From assembly GCA_964402565.1 (NCBI GenBank), contig CAYOCJ010000002.1, positions 234,982 through 298,981 on the forward strand: a DNA stretch of 64,000 bases, given 5' to 3'. The notes below the pieces were generated by a model. The model had not been told where the DNA came from. It saw only the letters and a program-made list of their open reading frames with translations, and ran no database searches. This document shows positions 30,560-37,375 of this stretch, piece by piece (position 1 is the stretch's first letter; each line of letters opens with the position of its first letter). The position numbers and the translations under genes are program-made. The DNA comes from an uncultured Gammaproteobacteria bacterium. Its GTDB lineage: Bacteria > Patescibacteriota > Patescibacteriia > UBA1558 > 2-01-FULL-52-15.

Positions 30560-31669
30560 ATGAAATTAGGACCGTACATCACACAAGATAACAAGATTGC
30601 ATATCGAGGAAACAAAGTACGCAAAGGTCTTTCAGAAGTACGGAATATAAAACCGCGGGGTCTTGAAAAGCGTCACATTGAACTGAAGCATGATGCGCGT
30701 TACTGGCCGGCGGCCATGAAAATCTGGGACGGAACGTATCAGTCGGTTAACGAGTTTATGAAATCGGACAAAGCCCTTTTGTTTGATCTTCCGGTTACTA
30801 CCAGGATGATCTCATCGCCGGGTGCTCTGACCGGAACCATTCCTTCTGATGTGCATCCCTTCCGGATAAAGATGTTTGGCAAGGAGGTATTTCTTACCCA
30901 GTCCTCACAGTTTTATCTTGAATTTGCGATAACCAATCCCGCCGTTAAGAAGACATACTGCTGGGAAAAGAGTTTCCGGCGCGAGCGGGCTGATTTTCGT
31001 CACCTGCCGGAATTTCATCATATCGAATATGAGGCACGCGGTAATCTGAAAAGCATTATCGATACCCAGACGCGGTTTATACAGTATTTGATCGCGTATT
31101 TACTGAAGCATCATCGCCGCGATCTCTCGGTATTCCTTGATGCAGCGGAAATCAGAAACCTGCAAAAACTGTCGCAGCTTAAGAAGTTTGAACAGATTAC
31201 CTTTGAAGACGCGTTCGCCAAATTGTATGAGGCTACCGGGCTGCTGCGATACCGGAAGCCATCAATTAAGCACTTTACTGCGTATGAGGAAATTCTGCTG
31301 ACAGAGATTATCGGAAAACCGGTATTTGTAACGCACTATATCAGCGATGAAGTTGCGTTCTATCATCAGAATGATCCACGCAATAAAAAGCTGGTATTGA
31401 ATGCAGATTTTCTGTATCCTGGGTACGGAGAGCTGATCGGGAGCGGCGAGCGTATACATACGCGGGATCAGATACGAAAGAAAGCACGGCACTTTGAGCT
31501 GAACATGAAGGATTATAAGCCGTATATCGAATCAAGATCAGTCTCAGGAGTGACTGTGCACAGTGGCTTTGGCATGGGGATGGAGCGATTCGTACAGGCG
31601 GTCCTTCACCTGCCATTTATATGGGACGCCAAGCCCTTTGCACGAGTTGATGGATTTAATTATCCGTAA
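30560..31669 (+). CDS. AspRS/AsnRS catalytic-core paralog lacking the anticodon-binding domain (AsnA / AS-AR-like aspartyl-adenylate-forming enzyme)
   Basis: 369 aa. Class II core only: FLTQSSQFYLE (QSPQ-type Asp motif), motif 2 FRRERADFRHLPEF, GSGERIH, motif 3 GFGMGMERFV. No N-terminal OB fold. Host-like GC. Confidence 0.7.
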   Translation: MKLGPYITQDNKIAYRGNKVRKGLSEVRNIKPRGLEKRHIELKHDARYWPAAMKIWDGTYQSVNEFMKSDKALLFDLPVTTRMISSPGALTGTIPSDVHPFRIKMFGKEVFLTQSSQFYLEFAITNPAVKKTYCWEKSFRRERADFRHLPEFHHIEYEARGNLKSIIDTQTRFIQYLIAYLLKHHRRDLSVFLDAAEIRNLQKLSQLKKFEQITFEDAFAKLYEATGLLRYRKPSIKHFTAYEEILLTEIIGKPVFVTHYISDEVAFYHQNDPRNKKLVLNADFLYPGYGELIGSGERIHTRDQIRKKARHFELNMKDYKPYIESRSVSGVTVHSGFGMGMERFVQAVLHLPFIWDAKPFARVDGFNYP

Positions 31670-31673
31670 ATAT

Positions 31674-32714
31674 ATGTTTAAGAAACTAAATAAACCACCA
31701 CGACTGAAGGAGGGCGATACCATTGGTCTTATCAGTCCTTCGGCGCCCCTGGCCGGTCTAGTCCCGCACCGGACGGATCGTGCTGTGGCTATGCTGGGAG
31801 GGTTGGGATTTAACGTTCTTGTGGCGAAAAACAGTAAAAAGATTACTGACTATACTGCTGCATCACCGGAAGAACGTGCAGAGGATATTCATGAGATGTT
31901 TTCAAATGACGATGTAAAGGCAGTCATCTGCTTTATAGGCGGGGATCACAGTAATCAGATTCTGCCTCATATCGATTTTGATTTGATCAGAAAGAATCCG
32001 AAAATATTTATCGGGTACTCAGATCCGACGGTTCTGCATTTTGCATTTCTTACTGCCGGTAAGATGGTTAGCTTCTATGGTCCGTCGGCTTTGGTTCAGT
32101 TTGCTGAGAATCCAAAAGTGCTTCCATATACACTGGAATACTTCAAAAAAGCAGTTATGAGCACGGATCCGGTTGGCCCTGTTATGCCATCGGAGCAGTG
32201 GACGGACGAAGTGCTAGACTGGTTTGAAAAAAAGGATCTTGAGCGACCACGCAAGATGAACAGCAACCCAGGGTGGAAGTGGATTCAGTCCGGTAAAGCA
32301 GAGGGGCCGATTATCGGTGGCTGTCTTTCATCGGCCATGCATCTTAAAGGAACAAAGTACTGGCCGGAACTGCAGGGATCAGTTTTCTTCTTCGAAACCT
32401 CTGAGCGGAGCAGTGATTTTACTAAGGGGCAGGAGATGGCTGATATAGATGCTGATCTCGCAGATCTTAAGAATATGGGAGTATTTGAAAAAATCAGCGG
32501 TTTGATTGTTGGTCGTCCCTTTGGGCTCGGCAATGAGGAGTGTGAAAAGTTTATGGAGCTGATTACGTCGTACACGAAACCTTATTCATTCCCTGTTCTT
32601 ACGGGTGTTGATGTTGGCCATACCGATCCGATGATTACCGTACCGCTCGGAACGAACGTTTCGCTGGATTCAGAAAAAAATGAATTTAGCTTTAATGAGT
32701 CCGGCGTCAGATGA
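31674..32714 (+). CDS. Peptidase S66 family protein (LD-carboxypeptidase LdcA / microcin C immunity MccF family)
   Basis: GDTIGLISPSAP N-terminus, Ser nucleophile in IFIGYSDPTVLH, His in VDVGHTDPMITVPLG. In-frame upstream alternatives (31650 ATG, 31563) overlap the previous gene. Confidence 0.75.
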   Translation: MFKKLNKPPRLKEGDTIGLISPSAPLAGLVPHRTDRAVAMLGGLGFNVLVAKNSKKITDYTAASPEERAEDIHEMFSNDDVKAVICFIGGDHSNQILPHIDFDLIRKNPKIFIGYSDPTVLHFAFLTAGKMVSFYGPSALVQFAENPKVLPYTLEYFKKAVMSTDPVGPVMPSEQWTDEVLDWFEKKDLERPRKMNSNPGWKWIQSGKAEGPIIGGCLSSAMHLKGTKYWPELQGSVFFFETSERSSDFTKGQEMADIDADLADLKNMGVFEKISGLIVGRPFGLGNEECEKFMELITSYTKPYSFPVLTGVDVGHTDPMITVPLGTNVSLDSEKNEFSFNESGVR

Positions 32715-33079
32715 AAAAAGAAGAAAACGAGGCAGTAACCGGCACACATGTTATCGGTGAGGTCTACACCGGGGATGTTTCAACGCTGAATGGACTTTCT
32801 GATATAGAGAATAAAATACTGAATATTGTGAAGAAGAATAAGCTTCAGAGCCTTCATTCTTTTTTTTATCTTTTTCCTGAAGGAGGATTTACGGGCATGA
32901 TATCACTGGTTGAGTCTCATATATCGCTGCACACATGGCCTGAATATAAGTATCTCACGCTGGATGTTTATCTCTGTGACTACTCACGTGATAACTCCAA
33001 GACAGCGGAAGTGGTATTTGCTGAGATTGCTGAACTCTTCAGCCCGTCGCGTATAACAAAGCAGGTAATGAAACGGTAA
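32711..33079 (+). CDS. speH: S-adenosylmethionine decarboxylase proenzyme, small pyruvoyl type (SpeH/SpeD class)
   Basis: 122 aa. THVIGEVYTGD...FFYLFPEGGFTGMISLVESHISLHTWPEYKYLTLDVYLCD matches the AdoMet_dc family including the ES processing site. ATGA overlap with the upstream gene. Confidence 0.75.
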   Translation: MKKEENEAVTGTHVIGEVYTGDVSTLNGLSDIENKILNIVKKNKLQSLHSFFYLFPEGGFTGMISLVESHISLHTWPEYKYLTLDVYLCDYSRDNSKTAEVVFAEIAELFSPSRITKQVMKR

Positions 33080-33080
33080 T

Positions 33081-33884
33081 ATGTCAGTATCAAAGAAGGA
33101 TATAGAACAACTGTCATATGTCGAGCTCATGGCTTTTCTGGATGAGGTAAACCGTCCGCCCGGGGGTAAGGACTCAGTGAGGCGCGTTGTGCAAAATACC
33201 TTTCTCACACCATCATCCAAAGCTCTCGACGTTGGTTGTAATACCGGATATGTTACTTTTGAAATCGCACATCTTGTTGGTTGTAAGGTTACCGGGCTAG
33301 ATATCGACTCATCAATGATAAAGACTGCGGAGAAAAACCGAAAGAAGGACACGCATGCACAATTAATCAGTTTCAGAAAAGGCGATGCAATGCGGCTGCC
33401 GTTTAAGACCCGTACATTCGATTTGGTTATGTCAGGAGGATCGACTGCCTTTGTCGATGATAAAATAAATGCTATTAAGGAATATAAAAGGGTAACAAAG
33501 CAGTGGGGTTTTGTAGCAGACGTGAATTTTTTCTATCACACAAAACCGCCGGCAATACTTTTGAAAAAATTGAATGCGTTACTGGACATTAACATCCAGC
33601 CCTGGGACAAGTCGTACTGGCTGAAGATATATGAAGGAGCAGACCTAGAGCCGTATTATGAATACGAGGGTAAGATGAGCAAGGTATCGAATAGACAGGT
33701 GAGCGAATACTGCGATGCGATGATCAGGCACAGAAAGCTTAATCCGGCAGTAAAGAAGATAATGTACGCACGCTTATCCGAAGCTATGACGTTGTTTAAC
33801 GAAAATCATAAGTATCTTGCTTATGGTGTCTTTGTGTACAGAAACAGACCTGAGAAAGAGCAGGTTTCTTTATTTGGTGCATAA
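33081..33884 (+). CDS. Class I SAM-binding methyltransferase-fold enzyme with ~110-aa C-terminal extension (not SpeE-like)
   Basis: ALDVGCNTGYVTFEIA motif I, VTGLDIDSSMI post-I, FDLVMSGG motif II. Lacks the spermidine synthase GGGDGG / DSTDP motifs. Starts 1 nt after the speH stop. Confidence 0.65.
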   Translation: MSVSKKDIEQLSYVELMAFLDEVNRPPGGKDSVRRVVQNTFLTPSSKALDVGCNTGYVTFEIAHLVGCKVTGLDIDSSMIKTAEKNRKKDTHAQLISFRKGDAMRLPFKTRTFDLVMSGGSTAFVDDKINAIKEYKRVTKQWGFVADVNFFYHTKPPAILLKKLNALLDINIQPWDKSYWLKIYEGADLEPYYEYEGKMSKVSNRQVSEYCDAMIRHRKLNPAVKKIMYARLSEAMTLFNENHKYLAYGVFVYRNRPEKEQVSLFGA

Positions 33885-33889
33885 AATGA

Positions 33890-33916
33890 AGAGAGGTTCC
33901 GTTTTGGAACCTCTCT
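33890..33916. terminator. Convergent hairpin (11-bp stem) between the methyltransferase and paralog-C genes
   Basis: agagaggttcc-gtttt-ggaacctctct. Contains the stop codon of the minus-strand gene. T-rich on the minus side. Confidence 0.45.
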
Positions 33917-35213
33917 AGAGAAGGTCGCTGCGCGCGTCTCTGGGGAACAGGATCGTCTCCCTGATATGCGGCAGACCGAGAATGAGTTGTATCAGACGCT
34001 CGATGCCAATGCCTACGCCGGACATTGGCGGCAGCGCATGGCGCACCGCGTTAATGTAGAGAGGGAAGTTGCCAGGGTCCAGTCCGCGTAACTGCATCCT
34101 CGTGAGTAATTCAGTCAGGTCGGTGACGCGTTCGGCGCCGTCGGCGATGTCGGTTACCCGCGGGTGCCACAGCTGAAAGTCGAAGCAGGTCAGCCTGCCA
34201 CCGACGTCTCTGGCTCGTGAGTAGAAGGCTTTTGATTCCGCGGCTTGGTCGATGATCCAGAAGAAGGAACCGAAGCGTTTCCTGATTGCTAAGAGAGCGT
34301 TTTTAGGCACGGTTGAGGTTGAACCCCATTCCAGATCTACGCCCCCACTGTTCAGATAGGAGACCAGATCGCTGTATGTGATTACCTCGAAGTTTCTCAG
34401 GTCATCAAAGCTTACTTCCAGTAGCGCCAGTTCATCAGCGCATGAGCCGGATACTTCATCCAGGATGCAGTTGATCATCAAGTTGATCATACGGATCATG
34501 TCATCACGGTCCGCGTACGCGGAGGTGATATCCAGTACCGTGAACTCGCTTAGGTGAATGCTGGTATGTGACTTGGTCGCCCGGAAGCACGACCCGATCT
34601 CGTACACCCGGTCCAGGTTGCCGCCGAGAACTGCCATGTGGTACAGCATGTTGCTGAGCGACAGGTAGGCCTTTCGGCCAAAGTAGTCGACCGGAAATGC
34701 TTCTACCGGGCCCTCAACGGATTCACCCACGATGCTTGGTGAGGAAACCTCAACGAATCGCTGAGTGGTAAGAAAGTCCCGGATCGCTTTGAGCACCGCG
34801 CTCTTTACCCGGAAGATTGCAGTCACCCGGGGGTTTCTGAGATCCAGGTGCCTGTTCTGCAGGCGAAGCACGCGTGCAGTCGTGGAGTCGATGCTCGGGG
34901 GCGTTTCATCCGGTTCGGTCAGCACCTCGATACCGGCAAGGCCGAGTTCATATCCGAGAATACCGGATTTTACGATCTTATTGGAGCGGAATATTCCGTC
35001 TGCGACGATCACTGACCCTTTTTGAGGAACAGCCATGGCTGGGCTGTCGATGACACACTGGATGCATCCTGCGGGTGTCACCAGATTCAGAAACGTAAGG
35101 CTCTTTCCTGCTTTTCTGATCTGCTGAACCCGGCCGGTAAACCGGACGTGCTTGTCGGCAAATTGAGGCGGATTCAGGAAACACCGCCTCATCTCTTCTA
35201 TGAGACTGATCAC
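33915..35213 (-). CDS. Divergent AspRS/AsnRS-family paralog, full length with OB fold but substituted motif 2 (GC-rich insert)
   Basis: 432 aa. GTG start with AAGGAGA SD 5 nt upstream. OB fold VRFTGRVQQIRKAGKSLTFLNLV. Core reads YLSLSNMLY (in place of QSPQ), motif 2 FRATKSHTSIHLSEF (Glu to Thr, Arg to Ile versus FRAE..RHL), motif 3 GVGIGIERLIQLILGLPHIRETILFPRD. High GC. Confidence 0.75.
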   Translation of the reverse strand: MISLIEEMRRCFLNPPQFADKHVRFTGRVQQIRKAGKSLTFLNLVTPAGCIQCVIDSPAMAVPQKGSVIVADGIFRSNKIVKSGILGYELGLAGIEVLTEPDETPPSIDSTTARVLRLQNRHLDLRNPRVTAIFRVKSAVLKAIRDFLTTQRFVEVSSPSIVGESVEGPVEAFPVDYFGRKAYLSLSNMLYHMAVLGGNLDRVYEIGSCFRATKSHTSIHLSEFTVLDITSAYADRDDMIRMINLMINCILDEVSGSCADELALLEVSFDDLRNFEVITYSDLVSYLNSGGVDLEWGSTSTVPKNALLAIRKRFGSFFWIIDQAAESKAFYSRARDVGGRLTCFDFQLWHPRVTDIADGAERVTDLTELLTRMQLRGLDPGNFPLYINAVRHALPPMSGVGIGIERLIQLILGLPHIRETILFPRDARSDLL

Positions 35214-35293
35214 GGCGTTTCTCCTTGTGAAGGTACGGGGTTATTGGAACTTTGTAATTTATGAAATTTTAGCACTTATGTCAATGATCGTAT

Positions 35294-35311
35294 GAGCCGT
35301 CGCGACGGCTC
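35294..35311. promoter_or_regulatory. 18-bp perfect palindrome GAGCCGTCGCGACGGCTC in the paralog-C upstream region
   Basis: Seen directly. Lies ~80 bp upstream of the GTG start of the minus-strand paralog. Confidence 0.35.
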
Positions 35312-35558
35312 ACCTCGGGTATGTTAAGCGCAGCAAAAATTATCCTACCACTTTTTTGGCGCTACAGATCGTACTATTCTGTCTTGTTGATTGCGGCTTA
35401 AAATGATGCGCTTGTAGTGAGGCGCTGGAAGATTAATCGTGAAGGTAAAGGGTATGAGCTTTTCGGATTCATATCGTGCTGCGTCCTGACCATCCCAAGA
35501 GAAAATGACATAGATTTGGCTAGATAACGAGTGCTAGTGTACGAGCCAAAGTAGCTTT

Positions 35559-35574
35559 TGTCAAACGTTTGACA
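35559..35574. promoter_or_regulatory. 16-bp perfect palindrome TGTCAAACGTTTGACA (operator candidate, embeds TTGACA -35 hexamers on both strands)
   Basis: Seen directly. ~70 bp upstream of the 35645 ATG, in the divergent region between paralog C and the 138-aa GC-rich ORF. Confidence 0.4.
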
Positions 35575-35644
35575 TGCGGCTCAGGCTAATGCTAGGTTGT
35601 GCATACCAGTCCTTTAACCCAAACCGAGTGAACAAGGAGGCTTT

Positions 35645-36061
35645 ATGCGCCAGCAAGAGCAGTTGCTCGAAGCAGCGGCGCATAAGTGCCGCAGTTTAAT
35701 GAGCGAGATCGCTGATACGATCATCGAGATCGAAACACAGCGGGCGAAAGCCGGCGTGACCATGGCCGATATGAGGCGGCCTATGCATGATCGAAGCGAG
35801 GCGCTTCTCGAATTCTCTGAGTGCGAAGAGGCTATCGCCATGCTGCAGCGTTTTCACAGTGAATCCGTCGTTGCATCTGAAGTGCTGTTTCGCGGCTCAG
35901 CAGTCGCATTCGTCACCTTCATCGAGGATTTCGAAGAAGCGATACAAGAACGTCAGGAGCGCTATCTGCGCCTGGGATTTCGGTCCACTGACCGGTTCAA
36001 CCGTTTTCTCTCCCTGCTGCGCTCTGCCAGCGTCATCGCTGATCCGAAAGAGCGAAACTGA
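35645..36061 (+). CDS. Hypothetical protein (138 aa), GC-rich
   Basis: AAGGAGG SD 6 nt upstream. Helical, acidic. Followed by terminator cccctgtc-gtct-gacggggg + TTTTCGTTTG at 36074-36103. Confidence 0.55.
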   Translation: MRQQEQLLEAAAHKCRSLMSEIADTIIEIETQRAKAGVTMADMRRPMHDRSEALLEFSECEEAIAMLQRFHSESVVASEVLFRGSAVAFVTFIEDFEEAIQERQERYLRLGFRSTDRFNRFLSLLRSASVIADPKERN

Positions 36062-36155
36062 TTTCACTCGAAGCCCCTGTCGTCTGACGGGGGTTTTCGT
36101 TTGTGAGAGGATTTTTTTTAAGGTATACTAGCCCCATTACTATTGAGAAAAATTC

Positions 36156-36737
36156 ATGAAATTATTTACTGACATCAGCAAGGAACTGAAAGAGTATGAG
36201 AAAGCGCGTGAATCCGTGATCCGCGTTTCACGAGAGTATCTCACTGCTTCGAAAAGCATCATTTTCCTTTGTCATGAGAATAAACTTGATGAAGCTCTGC
36301 GGCAGCTTTCATTGCTCACGAAAAATATGATAGCCAGTGAGCGCGACTTGAAAAAGGCTTTACTCAAAGCGCAAAAAACTTTTTCACTGTATGAAGAAGG
36401 TTCATGGAATTCAGCAGTCGAAGAATATCTCGAGGCCTGGTTTTTCTGTCAGTTTTTGAAAATTGGTAAACTTGCGGCACCAAAAATCAATCCTCCGGCT
36501 CATATCTATATCGGCGCACTTTCTGATTTTACCGGAGAAGTCGTGCGTCGTGCAGTTCTGAAAGGCGCGGATAAGGATGTGAAGACGCTTGAAAAGTATC
36601 GCAAGGTCATTGCGGAAGTTGTTGCATTCATGATGCCTTTGTATCTCACAGGACAGAATAGACAGAAATTCGATCAGGCGAAAAGAAACCTCAAGTCAGT
36701 GGAGGAAATTTTGTACGAGGTAAAGATACGGATGTAG
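36156..36737 (+). CDS. Translin-family protein (putative)
   Basis: 193 aa all-helical. C-terminal motif YIGALSDFTGEVVRRAV fits the translin/TRAX Y-x2-G-x2-D-x2-GE-x2-R signature. Length similar to archaeal translins. Confidence 0.5.
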   Translation: MKLFTDISKELKEYEKARESVIRVSREYLTASKSIIFLCHENKLDEALRQLSLLTKNMIASERDLKKALLKAQKTFSLYEEGSWNSAVEEYLEAWFFCQFLKIGKLAAPKINPPAHIYIGALSDFTGEVVRRAVLKGADKDVKTLEKYRKVIAEVVAFMMPLYLTGQNRQKFDQAKRNLKSVEEILYEVKIRM

Positions 36738-36750
36738 TTTTAATAACAAA

Positions 36751-36782
36751 AAAGGCCGCTCTCTGTATAGAGAGCGGCCTTT
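36751..36782. terminator. Bidirectional terminator (14-bp perfect stem)
   Basis: aaaggccgctctct-gtat-agagagcggccttt, A-run upstream and T-containing tail downstream. Confidence 0.6.
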
Positions 36783-36804
36783 GCGGGCTCATCAGCCAAT
36801 GCAA

Positions 36805-37250
36805 CTACGAAGCAAAGCTAGCATCTGTTCTTTTTTTTGAAAACAAGCGATTCGCTGTACGCTGGATCGTTGCGAGCCAGAGGATTGCCGCCCCTAGTAA
36901 GGGCACATTGACGTCAATGAACAACCGCAGCTCTGTGTAATCTTTTGGGCGCATGATCGTGTCGATGAGCGAGGTGTACCATTGCAGTCGCATGTACGAC
37001 AGACAGAATCCGCCGAACATCAGGCAGAAACCGAAAATAATGAGGCGCGTCTGCCACCTTCTAAAAGCGGTTCCATTTCGGAAGATCCCGAAATCAGTTG
37101 TGGATCCGTACATGAACAGGTCGGATCCGATGACCCACAGAAACGGCGACCAATCACTGTCGATCGCGCGCACGCCGAGCGGAAATACAAAAAACATCGT
37201 GAGTGCTGCGGTGATCGCAAGAGCCTTGATGATTTTCTCCCGAGTCCACA
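36805..37250 (-). CDS. Hypothetical membrane protein (about 148 aa)
   Basis: Start moved to the ATG at 37250, preceded by AGGAGA with a 6-nt spacer. Four hydrophobic helices. Confidence 0.5.
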
Positions 37251-37375
37251 TGACACGTCTCCTATGTTGTAGCCATTTGGCTGATAATGTAAATGTACCT
37301 AAGGGCACCCTAGAGTATTTTAAGTTTTCGTGCAACTGATATTCATTTTGAAACTCATTCAATCTATGCTAAGCT

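Noticed and set aside
31563-31673. Upstream in-frame extension of the S66 peptidase gene (ORF-track start 31563)
   Set aside because: It would overlap the last 107 nt of the preceding gene. The conserved LdcA-type N-terminus (GDTIGLISPSAP) begins just after the Met at 31674 (or 31650).
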